Shown: positions 9,792 through 19,521, counted from the stretch's first letter. The stretch is DNA of 64,000 nt from an uncultured Chloroflexia bacterium (GCA_963842805.1 CAWJIA010000013.1:123-64122); one strand, 5' to 3'. Notes: generated from the letters alone by a model not told the origin. Numbers and translations are program-made.

Positions 9792-10457
9792 TAGTCGCAG
9801 AGAGAAAAACCATCCCCGAAATAGTCGACATACTCAAGGGGCATAAAAACATACTGGTGCTGGGATGCGGCACCTGCGTTACCGTGTGCCTGGCCGGCGG
9901 CGAGCGCGAGGTCAGCATTATGGCCTCGGCACTGCGCATCGCTTCCCGCGCCCAGAGCCTGGGTTTCAAGGTCAGCGAGCTGACTATCGAACGTCAATGC
10001 GACAACATCTTTATCGAACAGGCCGCCGAAGCCATTGAGAAGGCCGACGCCGTGTTATCCCTGGGCTGCGGGGCAGGCGTACAGGCCATAGCCGAGCGTT
10101 TCGCCAAGAAGCCGGTCTACGCTGGGCTCAATACCAAGTTCCTGGGCATCCTGGAGGAGAGGGGCACCTGGACCGAGAAATGCGCCCAGTGCGGCGAGTG
10201 CGTTCTGGCCGATTACGGCGGCATCTGCCCCGTAACGCGCTGCGCCAAGCATCTGCTTAACGGCCCCTGCGGAGGTTCGCAGTGAGGACCGATGTGAAGT
10301 GAATCCCGAGCGTCCCTGTGCCTGGCAGTTGATTTATAAGAGGCTCAAGGATATCGGGCAGCTCGATAAACTGGAGAAGATATCCATGCCCAAGCAGTGG
10401 GGCGCCAGCTTGAGCGGGGGGCCGCGCGTTATCATCCGCGAAGACCACCGGATTTGA
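9788..10457 (+). pseudogene. metV: MetV-like protein (methylene-THF reductase C-terminal-domain family). The frame is broken at the in-frame TGA 10283-10285.
   Basis: ORF 9788..10285 ends ...CAKHLLNGPCGGSQ*. Family-like sequence (EDRCEVNPERPCAWQLIYKRLKDIGQLDKL...) continues in the +1 frame from 10284 to TGA 10455-10457. The two parts together give about 222 aa. Confidence 0.75.
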
Positions 10458-10478
10458 TTTCGAACGTCGTAAAAACCG

Positions 10479-11207
10479 CTATTTGGTAGCCACGTAAACT
10501 GCGGCGGCGCCGAAGAACAGCCTTTTGAAAGTAGCCTGTTTGAATCCCGCCTTAATGAGGAACTCCTGAGCCTCTTCCGCCGAGAAGAAGTGCTCGGCCG
10601 ACTCCACCAGGTATTTGTAGGCTGCTTTATTTCCGGATATCAGCAGGCCCGAGAGGAAGACCCACAGCCGCAGGTAGAGGTGGTCCAGCTTGCGGATTAA
10701 GGCTGATTTCGGCTGGCTGCTTTCCACGATAACGTATTTCCCGCCCGGCCTGAGCACGCGCAGCACCTCATCCAGGTATTCCTGAACGAGCGGGTTTTTA
10801 TAGGTCAGGTTACGGAAGGCGAACGAGATGCCCACACAGTCGAACCAGCCATCTGGGAAGGGGAGTTGGGCTATCTCGGAGTTGATGAACTTGATATTCT
10901 TGCCTCTGGCCAACTTCCCGGCTTTTTCGGCAGCCTTGTCCAGCATGGGCTGGCTGTAATCGACGCCTATGATCTCCGGATTATAGTCTGCCAGCCGGGC
11001 GATGGCGATCATCAGGTCGCCCGTGCCGCAGCAGATATCCAAAATGCGCTCCGGCCATGAGGAGAGGCATGCCAGGACGGCCTGCTTCCTCCAGCTCGTA
11101 TCCATTCCCAGAGTGATGACATGGTTGATCAGGTCATAACGTTCGGGGATAGCGGTGAATATGCGGTACAGCGGTTTGGGTTTCTGAGGGGGCTGATTTT
11201 CCGCCAT
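10479..11207 (-). CDS. ubiE: Demethylmenaquinone/ubiquinone methyltransferase (UbiE/MenG family)
   Basis: Key motifs are YRIFTAIPERYDLINHVITLG, ILDICCGTGD (the SAM motif) and VLRPGGKYVIVE. Confidence 0.85.
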   Translation of the reverse strand: MAENQPPQKPKPLYRIFTAIPERYDLINHVITLGMDTSWRKQAVLACLSSWPERILDICCGTGDLMIAIARLADYNPEIIGVDYSQPMLDKAAEKAGKLARGKNIKFINSEIAQLPFPDGWFDCVGISFAFRNLTYKNPLVQEYLDEVLRVLRPGGKYVIVESSQPKSALIRKLDHLYLRLWVFLSGLLISGNKAAYKYLVESAEHFFSAEEAQEFLIKAGFKQATFKRLFFGAAAVYVATK

Positions 11208-11216
11208 ACGTATTTC

Positions 11217-12129
11217 CTAGACCTTGAAAATCCCCGAAAGGATATAGCCGATGCCCGTCAGAAGCTGGGTCAGCAGCACCACCATCACATTGTTCGCCAT
11301 GGCCGGCATCAGTTTGCCCATATCTTCCGATTTGAACGAGCCATGGATGGCCTTTATAGCCAGGGGCAGCGTGAATATTGCTATCAGGCAGAATACCGGC
11401 ATGGCTTTGAATATCACTGCGCCGATGATCCACACATAGACGAGCACCGTGAAAACGGTGTAAAAAATAGCCGCATTGCGCCTTCCCATGGTTATGGGCA
11501 GCGTTTTCCTGCGACCTATCTTATCGGCCTCGACATCCGGAAACTCATTGAGCAGCAGCAGGTTGTGCACGAGGAATCCCGGAGGGTATGGCCGCGATCA
11601 AGGCCGGCAAGGTGTACATGCCGGTTTGAGCGAAATAGATACCCAGCACGGGCAGGACGCCCAGGCCCAACCCGGGCGACCATTCAGGCCAGTATCCCTG
11701 CAGGATCAGCGGGCTGTAAAAAATAATGCATATGGCTGCGATTACAATCAGGGGCAGCAGCATCCAGCCTTTGCCCCACACGAAATAAGCGCCGATGAAG
11801 ACATCTATGATAAGGCAGATAATCCCGATCCAGAGCGCCTCGCTGGGCTTGATCAGTCCGGCCTTGAGCATGCCGCTCCCGCCGCTGAAGGGTGTCACAT
11901 CAGTAGCCTTATCCACACCGCTTTTATAGTCGAAGTAATCGTTGAGGGTGTTGCAGGCGGCGTGGGCCAAAACAAGCCCTATACCGGCGATGATGGCATT
12001 GGCAAGATTGAAATAGCCGTCATACCAGGCCATGCAGGTGCCCAATATAGCCAGGACAACCGCCAGGATTAAAAACTGCGGCCTCGTCTCCAGAAAATAT
12101 AGCTTTAATTTCATCTTGTCCTCCGACAT
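11217..12129 (-). pseudogene. menA: 1,4-dihydroxy-2-naphthoate prenyltransferase-like (UbiA family), frame broken near 11574-11580
   Basis: The N-terminal ORF 11545..12129 carries NTLNDYFDYKSGVD. The C-terminal ORF 11217..11570 carries LLLLNEFPDVEADKIGRRKTLPI. Together they form one protein of about 300 aa if one base in the GGGATT stretch (minus strand) is skipped. Confidence 0.8.
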
Positions 12130-12235
12130 AGGAACGTACGATTATAGCATAAATAAACGGCCGCCGAGACCGATATTTGCTTGACCGCAATATGATGGAA
12201 TGTTACGCTTAAGTTGTAGTTAAAGGGGTGCTGTG

Positions 12236-13033
12236 ATGATCGACGAAAAGGCCATTGAAAATGTAAGGCAATACGGTTGTGCGGTGGGTACCGGTGAGAG
12301 GAAAAGACGGATACTGGTAGACGAGATAGGTTTTCCCATCAATAAAAAAGCGGAATACGCCATTATTGCAGGGTGCTTTCAACCGGAAGGGATGCCGCAC
12401 GTCCTGCACGCCTTCAAGAAGGTGCTGGACCATTTAAGGGTGGACTATACGCTGCTTGATAAAGAGTACTGCTGCGGCTGGCTGGCTTTCGGCCAGATGG
12501 CGGTGATAACCAAAAATGAAGAGGACATAGCCAGGTTCAAAGAGCTTTCCCCGGAGTTTCTGGCAGAGAACTTCAAGCAGGCCAAAGAGCTGGGCGCCCG
12601 GTCCATTGTACTCTTTTGCAGCGCCTGCGAGCCCAATTACACCAACTACAAGGGTTTACCCGACCTTGAGGTTATTACCTACCCCCAGCTTATCGACCGC
12701 TATTTCCAGGGCGGCAGGTTGAAAAGGAAAATCGATTTCTACGCGGGCTGCTATCGTTTCCGCCGCCGCATAACCGATATCCCTGTAGACACCAGTGCCG
12801 CCATGAGTATCATGGACAAGATCGAAGGACTCGAGGTAAATCCTTTGGACGGCAAACTATGCTGCAACATACCGCCGCATATGGAACAACTGGCGGGTTC
12901 GATCAAGAGCGATACGGTAGTTAACATCTGCACCGGCTGTTACTACGCTCTCAAAGCCAAGCTGGGCGGGAATCCAAATATCGACGTTAAAATGCTGCCC
13001 GAAATAGTGTGGGAAGCAATAGAGGGACAATAA
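12236..13033 (+). CDS. CCG-domain (HdrB/GlpC-like cysteine-rich) Fe-S oxidoreductase subunit
   Basis: It contains IAGCF...EYCCGW...FCSACEP and YAGCY...KLCCNIPP...CTGCYYAL. The RBS AAAGGGG lies 7 nt upstream of ATG 12236. Confidence 0.7.
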   Translation: MIDEKAIENVRQYGCAVGTGERKRRILVDEIGFPINKKAEYAIIAGCFQPEGMPHVLHAFKKVLDHLRVDYTLLDKEYCCGWLAFGQMAVITKNEEDIARFKELSPEFLAENFKQAKELGARSIVLFCSACEPNYTNYKGLPDLEVITYPQLIDRYFQGGRLKRKIDFYAGCYRFRRRITDIPVDTSAAMSIMDKIEGLEVNPLDGKLCCNIPPHMEQLAGSIKSDTVVNICTGCYYALKAKLGGNPNIDVKMLPEIVWEAIEGQ

Positions 13034-13063
13034 TACCCGGTTTAATATCAGGCAATCCCATAT

Positions 13064-13999
13064 CTAAAACGGAAGTTTTTCAACTTTAATATCCGGCAAC
13101 AGTCTCTCGACATCTTCCTTATGGCATAGCTCGGTGCCCGGCGCCAGGGTAGCGGCCGTGCCGCAGGCAGCGGCAAGGCGTGAGGCTTCCTCCAGGCTAC
13201 CGCCCTGGCTAAGCTTGAGCACCAGGCCAGCCACCGCCGAGTCACCAGCGCCCACCGTGCTCAAGATCTGCACATCGGGCGGCACCACTTTATAGACGGC
13301 GTCTTTGTCGGCGATGATCATGCCGTCCCGGCCCCTTGAAATACAGACTATTTTGATACCGCTGCCGACCAGCGTTTTTACAGCGTAAATTATATCTTCT
13401 TCGGTCTTAAGCTCCGTGCCGAGCAGGCCCTGCGCCTCCCTGACATTGGGCTTGATGATATCCGGCGTGGCCTTCACTCCCTCTTTAAGCCACTGGTCGG
13501 CCGAGTCCAGCACCGTCACTATCCCCTGGCTTTTCATCTTATCTATCAGCACATGGTAGATATTGTCAGGGACCCCCGGCGGCACGCTGCCGGCAAAAAC
13601 CATGTAGCGGGGACGGCGCTTGAGATGGGTGATCTTATGGACCAGCTTCTTCAGTTCGCCGGGAGATATCTCAGGTCCGGGTGCAGATATTCTGGTCTGC
13701 TGGCGGGTCTTGAGGTCGGTAATTATGAAATTGCTCCTGATCTCCAGCTTGATCGGCGTAAAATCGTAGGGCACATCCTTCTGCTTCAAAATGGTCTTCA
13801 GAACCCCTCCGTCAAGGCCCCCCAGGAACCCGTAAGCCATGGTATCGCCGCCCATCTGGCAGACGACCCGAGACACATTTATCCCTTTGCCGCCGGGCAT
13901 ATATGAGAAGCTTACCCAGCGGTTAGTATCATCGAGCACCAGGTTTTCTACTGCTACATGCCTGTCCAGCGACGGGTTCATCGTCACTGTCGATATCAC
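13064..13999 (-). CDS. PfkB-family sugar-phosphate kinase (1-phosphofructokinase / tagatose-6-phosphate kinase type)
   Basis: Motifs are MISTVTMNPSLD, PGGKGINVSR and TVGAGDSAVAG. The GTG start directly abuts the pyk stop. Confidence 0.85.
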   Translation of the reverse strand: MISTVTMNPSLDRHVAVENLVLDDTNRWVSFSYMPGGKGINVSRVVCQMGGDTMAYGFLGGLDGGVLKTILKQKDVPYDFTPIKLEIRSNFIITDLKTRQQTRISAPGPEISPGELKKLVHKITHLKRRPRYMVFAGSVPPGVPDNIYHVLIDKMKSQGIVTVLDSADQWLKEGVKATPDIIKPNVREAQGLLGTELKTEEDIIYAVKTLVGSGIKIVCISRGRDGMIIADKDAVYKVVPPDVQILSTVGAGDSAVAGLVLKLSQGGSLEEASRLAAACGTAATLAPGTELCHKEDVERLLPDIKVEKLPF

Positions 14000-15451
14000 T
14001 TAGATCTTCTCCACTTTAAGCATATTGGTCGTGCCAGCCTTACCGATGGGGATACCCGCCGTCACCACGACCAGGTCCCCTTTTTGTACACAACCCAACT
14101 TTTTAGCCGCCCGCGCAGCCTGCGTAAACATATTCAATATGGACCTCGGCTCGGGCACCTTAAGGGCAATCACTCCCCAGGTCAGGGATAACTGCCTTTG
14201 CGTAGATTCGTCAGGCGTAATCGCCAGTATCTGCGTACGCGGCCTGTATTTCGAGACCCGCCTGGCCGTGCTGCCCGAGGCTGTATAAGCAATAACGGCT
14301 TTGGCGCCGAGCTGGCGCGCAGTATGGCAGGCGGCGTAGCTGATGGCGTCATCAGTAAGCGGCTGAAGGTCTTTGCCTTTGCTGGCAAAGTTCTCGTCAT
14401 AAGGCAGGGCGCCCTCCGCCTCTACAGCTATGAGGGACATCATTTTGACCGCCTCCACGACGTAATGTCCAATCGCCGTCTCCTCCGAAAGCATGGTCGC
14501 GTCCGCCCCGTCGAAGATGGCGTTAGCCACATCCGTAGCCTCTGCACGCGTAGGCATGGGCGAATCAACCATAGACTCGAGCATCTGCGTGGCCACGATA
14601 ACCGGCTTGCCGGCATGGTTACTTTTGCAAATCAGGTCTTTCTGGACGACAGGGACTTTCTGTATGGGTATCTGAACGCCCAGGTCGCCGCGCGCCACCA
14701 TTATGCCGTCGGCCGCCGCCAGTATCTCATCGAAGTTATTCAGCCCCTCCACCCTCTCGATCTTGGCGATGATCTTGGCCAGGGAACCCTTGTCCCGCAG
14801 GAACCGCCTTACTTCAATGACATCGTTGGCCTTGCTTACAAAGGAAAGCCCCACGAAATCGATTTCGTGTTTTATAGCGAAATAGAGGTGCTGCCAGTCT
14901 TCCTCGGTTACAGCATCCACGTCCCAGGTCACGCCCGGGACGGTTACTCCCTTGTTATCGAAAAGCCTGCCGCCTGTGATGACTTTGCACTTAACATCAT
15001 GATGGCTGATGGACACCACTTCCAGCTTGATGAGACCGTCATCCAGGAAAATGTCCTGTCCAAGCTTCACATGATTCGGGAGCTCGGGGAGGTCCACGGA
15101 GACCTGCGTCTCATCGCCCAGTACATCCCTGGTCGTCAATATAAATTCGGCGCCGTCTTTGAGCTTTATCCCGCCCTTCTTGACTTTGCCCGTGCGGTCC
15201 TTAGGGCCGGGCAGGTCGAGCAAGAAGGCCAGCGGCAATTTGAGCTTCTGCGCTTCCTGCCGCAGCGTTTCGATATAATGCAGATGCTCGTCCGGTGTAC
15301 CGTGCGAGGCGTTAATGCGCGCCACGTTCATGCCCGCCTCAAGTAACTGCCTTACAACCGGGGCAGAGTTGCTGGCCGGGCCGATAGTACAGACTATTTT
15401 CGTTTTACGCGCCGGCACGAATTCCGGAGCTGGTTTTTTACTTCTTGGCAT
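14000..15451 (-). CDS. pyk: Pyruvate kinase
   Basis: Motifs are KTKIVCTIGPAS, NVARINASHG, MVARGDLGVQIP and ATQMLESM. I place the start at ATG 15451 (MPRSKK...), 10 nt after the upstream stop, rather than at the longer track ORF. Confidence 0.9.
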   Translation of the reverse strand: MPRSKKPAPEFVPARKTKIVCTIGPASNSAPVVRQLLEAGMNVARINASHGTPDEHLHYIETLRQEAQKLKLPLAFLLDLPGPKDRTGKVKKGGIKLKDGAEFILTTRDVLGDETQVSVDLPELPNHVKLGQDIFLDDGLIKLEVVSISHHDVKCKVITGGRLFDNKGVTVPGVTWDVDAVTEEDWQHLYFAIKHEIDFVGLSFVSKANDVIEVRRFLRDKGSLAKIIAKIERVEGLNNFDEILAAADGIMVARGDLGVQIPIQKVPVVQKDLICKSNHAGKPVIVATQMLESMVDSPMPTRAEATDVANAIFDGADATMLSEETAIGHYVVEAVKMMSLIAVEAEGALPYDENFASKGKDLQPLTDDAISYAACHTARQLGAKAVIAYTASGSTARRVSKYRPRTQILAITPDESTQRQLSLTWGVIALKVPEPRSILNMFTQAARAAKKLGCVQKGDLVVVTAGIPIGKAGTTNMLKVEKI

Positions 15452-15461
15452 TTTGGAATCC

Positions 15462-16457
15462 TTAATATCTTCGATACCAATCCTGATCGACGTCGACCAG
15501 GTGCGACGGCTGCAAGCCCAGCTTTTCATACCAGGGACGGGCGTATTTCTCCGTTATATGAGCCAGTTCCTCCAGCCTTTTGCCCGCCACTGTCTTGAAA
15601 TATTCGATCCTCTTCTGCCTGTCGGCGATCTGCATGGCCTCCTGCCAGATGGCCCTGCCGCCCAGGAATCCTGACGCGCCTGCCTTGCAGGCGATGGTCA
15701 CTTCGTCCTTGAAAGTCTCATAATCCACGCCGGCGCTGAGTATGACCCAGGGAGTCCGCGAGGCCGCGTCGAGCTGTTTGCAATATTCACCCAGCTCGGA
15801 GACATCCTTGTCATATTTCATATCCGCCGGGAACTCGGCCTTCAGCACGTCGATGGGCAGGGCCGTGATCTGCCTGGCGGTCTCCACGACCATCTCCGGC
15901 AGCTTGGCGGCAAACTCTTTGGAATCCATTTTTTCGCCCTCTACCCGGTATGTCTTGGGCTCGACCAGGAAGGGGATATCATATTTAATGCACTCATCGG
16001 CGACCCTGGCGATGGTCTTGAGCTGTTTATCGGCTAGTTTCTTGATATCGGGACGATAATAGACCAGCATCTTTACGGCCGAGGCTCCCATGCGCTTAAT
16101 CTTTTCCACACCCCAGTCTTTGAGCAGTTCGGTCAGGCGCCCCATGGGGTCTTTCTCATAGCCGGTGGCTTCAACGCTGACCAGCAGGCCGACCCTGCCA
16201 CCCAGAACATTGCCCGCTATGCACTGCGCGGCGCCGTATTCGGGATCGAGCAGCACGCCGCTGGCATGGCGACCGAAGGCCGCGCACATATCCAGCTTCA
16301 TATTAACCAGCTCCGCGTAATCCGGAACGCCGTGCTGCGCATTCTCGATCATCGAGATCAACCCGGCCCTGTGGTCCATAGCGCACATGACGAAGATGCC
16401 CGGTTTTCTGGATATTTGCTGCAGTCCCCGTATCTTACCGATCGTCAAACTCTTCAT
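15462..16457 (-). CDS. Class-I tagatose-1,6-bisphosphate / fructose-bisphosphate aldolase family protein (LacD/YihT-like)
   Basis: The sequence shows FVMCAMDHR...LLDPEYG...SAVKMLVYY...FLVEP...ILSAGV...ASGFLGGRAIW. A strong SD (GGGGAGGG) precedes the start. Confidence 0.75.
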   Translation of the reverse strand: MKSLTIGKIRGLQQISRKPGIFVMCAMDHRAGLISMIENAQHGVPDYAELVNMKLDMCAAFGRHASGVLLDPEYGAAQCIAGNVLGGRVGLLVSVEATGYEKDPMGRLTELLKDWGVEKIKRMGASAVKMLVYYRPDIKKLADKQLKTIARVADECIKYDIPFLVEPKTYRVEGEKMDSKEFAAKLPEMVVETARQITALPIDVLKAEFPADMKYDKDVSELGEYCKQLDAASRTPWVILSAGVDYETFKDEVTIACKAGASGFLGGRAIWQEAMQIADRQKRIEYFKTVAGKRLEELAHITEKYARPWYEKLGLQPSHLVDVDQDWYRRY

Positions 16458-16862
16458 TATCCCTCCCCAGTATAGTCATAGCTACAGATAAATATAACTG
16501 TTTACGGATGCCGTGACAAGTCTACGCCCCTACCTTTGGCGAAACTCTAAATTCTAAATCCTTAGGGCTGTGAGAAACCCACTGAACTATGAAAATTATC
16601 CTATTCAACGATATATTAATGAAGCTGGAAAAATTTTCACCCCAAACTGAAGTCTATTAGTTGAAGCAGTACGATTCAATATTGGTAAGCTAACCCGTAC
16701 TAATCCTGTGAGTCCATTTGTGCCATTTAAATGTATATGACAGGCTCATAACGGAAGAATCGTAATTGACCATTGAAGTAATGCGCACTCTTGGATAGAC
16801 AGCCGGACGTTCCTGAATGGAATTGCCCTTAAACTGCAGCATTGAACCGGCAAATATAATCC

Positions 16863-17168
16863 TCAGCTCAACTTTATCTTCTTGATAAGTTTGGAGACGG
16901 CCTTATTATAGCGCGGCTCAAAGAACAGTAAGGGCTGAATAGGATACCTGGTACCCTTTTCATCGGTTTCCCTGAGCCCTGCAAGAAGATCCTGCAATTT
17001 TGCTGTGGGCAAAGCAAAGGCCATCTCGTCGTCGGCGGCCATACCTATCTGCCTCTCACCCCGGCCGGGCACTATATAAACAGCTTTGCCGGAAACAACC
17101 GGCTCGATCCCGGATGTATGGTGATGTTCAAGGACGCCGTCAAAGCCGAAAACCTGGAAAACAAACTT
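16863..17168 (-). pseudogene. Degraded or 5'-truncated hypothetical gene
   Basis: The coding-looking frame (KFVFQVFGFDGVLEHHHTSGIEPVVSGKAVYIVPGRGERQIGMAADDE...KKIKLS*) extends about 30 codons upstream of the only start codon (GTG 17072) with no start of its own. Upstream pieces lie in two other frames. Confidence 0.25.
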
Positions 17169-17272
17169 CAGGTAAAGGATATCTCCACAATTATCAAGGA
17201 ATCAATGGTACCATAACGACAGAACCTTTTGCTGACGTTTGTGCTAAAGATAGTTTATGTGTAGCCAGTAAT

Positions 17273-18443
17273 TTACAATAGTATTATAGAAACGATAATC
17301 CCTACTATTACTACCCAGTAGATTTCTACCTTTAAGAACAGGGCAACAAAGGCGGCCAGTGATATCACTATGCGCAATAAATCCCAGGGTATTTTTAAAG
17401 CGAATAACAAGGTAACAGCTAATAAAAGACCGACGAATGAGCTTAATACACCTCTTACTGCTCTATTAAAATAGGGAAAGCCGCGCAACTTATCGAAATA
17501 GGGGGCGACACCTGCCACGATCAGAAAAGAAGGTAAAAATACACTGACCGTGGCAATAATTCCTCCTAAAAGACCATAAAGTATATAGCCAATAAAGGTA
17601 GCAGTAATTACGATAGGGCCGGGTGTTATCTGCCCCAGGGCAATTCCATTCAAAAATGTCTTACTATCCATCCAGGAGTTTACGTTCACTACCTCATGGA
17701 ACATGAGAGGAACGGAAGTGAAACCGCCTCCGAAGGCAAATAAGTCAACACGGGCCATAAGCGCGGCCAGGTTGAAAAGACTACGGTCAGTAAAGAAGAG
17801 AATAATGAATCCTATTATGGCAGCCAATATTATAATCAGCACAGACCGGTATGTGGTCATTCGTTTAGCTGGCGTTACACGATAGGGCGATGGTTCCCTA
17901 AGGTAAAGCAAGATTCCCACAATTGCAGATAGTAGTATTACAAAGAATGGATTTACCCCGAAGCCAAAAAGAATACCGGCAGCAATTGCGATAGCCGCAC
18001 CTTTCCAGTTCTTAATAGACGCCATGCCGAATGTAATAGCTGCGTTAGCTACTATGGACACCACAATGGTTTGCAACCCATTAAATGCGGATATCATCAT
18101 CGGTAAATTCAGGGTTTGCATATAAAAAATCGAGAGGACCATCATGAACAAAAATGCAGGTAAACCGAAGCCTATGAAGCTGACCGCAGCCCCTGCCTCT
18201 CACCCTTAGCCCCACATAGGCAGCAACCTGCATGGCAGTAGACCCAGGCACCATCTGGCAGAAAGCAACACCAGTGCGGAATAACGCATCATCCATCCAT
18301 TTCTTTTGCTCGACGGCCATCTTGCGAATGAAGGCCACCATGGCAGGGCCGCCAAATGCGGTAGCCCCTAACCGGAGAAAAGACAGGAATAACCTGGCAA
18401 GAGAAGGTGCCTTGTCGGCTGATTGATTTTGAACTTGTTCCAT
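17273..18443 (-). pseudogene. chrA: Chromate transporter ChrA (two CHR domains), frame broken in a G4/C4 run at 18190-18193
   Basis: ORF 18081..18443 reads LRLGATAFGGPAMVAFIRK...GSTAMQVAAYVGLRVRG and then nonsense. In the +1 frame it continues GAAVSFIGFGLPAFLFMMVLS... into ORF 17273..18151, which has the second FGGGFTSVPL motif. Confidence 0.8.
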
Positions 18444-18506
18444 AGGTTATTGTCTATATAATAGCCTTCTTTTAAAAGACTACGTACGAATATCATCATT
18501 CAAGAA

Positions 18507-19340
18507 TTAATCCGGCAATGCAAAACTAGTGCCTGCATTATTAAGGAAGAATGAATCCGGAAACTCCTGAGCCAGTCGCACCGAGGCGGCAAAGCCTGTA
18601 CAGTGAGAAACGCCTAATTTTTGAATCCCCATATCCTTTAGACCGGCGATGGTCCTTTCAATACGCTCCTCATTAGCACGAAAGAGGTGAGTACCGCCGA
18701 TCACGGCATATATAAATTCTTTACCTGTTATTTTCTGTGAGTGACGTAAAGTATTAATTAAACCACGGTGAGCACACCCGAGAATGACTACTAAGCCATA
18801 TTCTGTATCGATCACCAATGCAAGATCATCAGCAAGTTTGTCCGGCAGCATCTGTCCATCATCTTTAACAAACAGATTTCCGTCAATTTTCTCGTAATCC
18901 GTGAGCATCTCAATTTCACCAGTTGTGGTTATGTGTTCAGCAATGGAAACCGGTTTCCCACTAAAAATGAAACGGGCACCACAGCTTTCTAATTCTTTGC
19001 GCGAAAAGGGCATGCCTATATACTGAAAATCATCTCGATTACGTTCGGCGAATTTAGAAGTCAAAATATCCGGGTGAGCAATTACATCAACGTTTTTATT
19101 TCTTTTTAAAACTTCGAAAAGGCCGCCGGTATGGTCTACATGACCGTGGCTTAATACAACGATACGGATCCCTGTAAGATCGATACCCATGAGGTCAGCA
19201 TTATAAACTGTTGATATGCTCATCCCGGTGTCCATAAGGATTTTCTTCCCATCCGCTTCGACTAATATACTTAGGCCCCACTCGCCAAGAAAACCATAAT
19301 TTGCCGTATTCTCACTTAACGTGGTTATTCGAATTTCCAC
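18507..19340 (-). CDS. MBL-fold metallo-hydrolase (COG1237-like)
   Basis: It has LSHGHVDHTGG, ILGCAHRG and VSHCTG. Confidence 0.8.
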   Translation of the reverse strand: MEIRITTLSENTANYGFLGEWGLSILVEADGKKILMDTGMSISTVYNADLMGIDLTGIRIVVLSHGHVDHTGGLFEVLKRNKNVDVIAHPDILTSKFAERNRDDFQYIGMPFSRKELESCGARFIFSGKPVSIAEHITTTGEIEMLTDYEKIDGNLFVKDDGQMLPDKLADDLALVIDTEYGLVVILGCAHRGLINTLRHSQKITGKEFIYAVIGGTHLFRANEERIERTIAGLKDMGIQKLGVSHCTGFAASVRLAQEFPDSFFLNNAGTSFALPD

Positions 19341-19368
19341 GATATATCCTCCTTTCCTTGGCTATGTT

Positions 19369-19521
19369 TCACATCAATATTTGCCGAGCCATATTTACTG
19401 CCTTCCTTACGATCATAGCCGTCAGATCCTGAGGTGTAAAGACAACAATAACACCTGAGATTGGCAGCGATTGCAAAACGGCGAGAGGAGCATCAGCGGT
19501 CCCTGGTGGCAGATCGACCAC
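19369..19521 (-). pseudogene. Internal fragment of an Mrp/NBP35/MinD-family Fe-S cluster carrier ATPase
   Basis: The minus strand reads VVDLPPGTADAPLAVLQSLPISGVIVVFTPQDLTAMIVRKAVNMARQI. This matches the Walker-B/switch region of the family. The P-loop and C-terminal half are absent, and an in-frame TAG lies just upstream. Confidence 0.5.

Noticed and set aside
10283-10285. TGA in metV read as selenocysteine
   Set aside because: Reading through in frame gives only G-P-M and then a second TGA. The conserved sequence continues in the +1 frame, not the 0 frame. I saw no SECIS-like hairpin.
14000-15529. The long N-terminal extension of pyruvate kinase given by the track ORF
   Set aside because: The extension overlaps the end of the aldolase gene and has no homology. 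The conserved N-terminus begins at MPRSKK (ATG 15451).
16863-17214. Reconstruction of a ~125-aa gene using two -1 frame corrections upstream of ORF 16863..17072
   Set aside because: It requires two shifts within 40 nt, and the product has no recognisable family. I keep it only as a low-confidence degraded gene.
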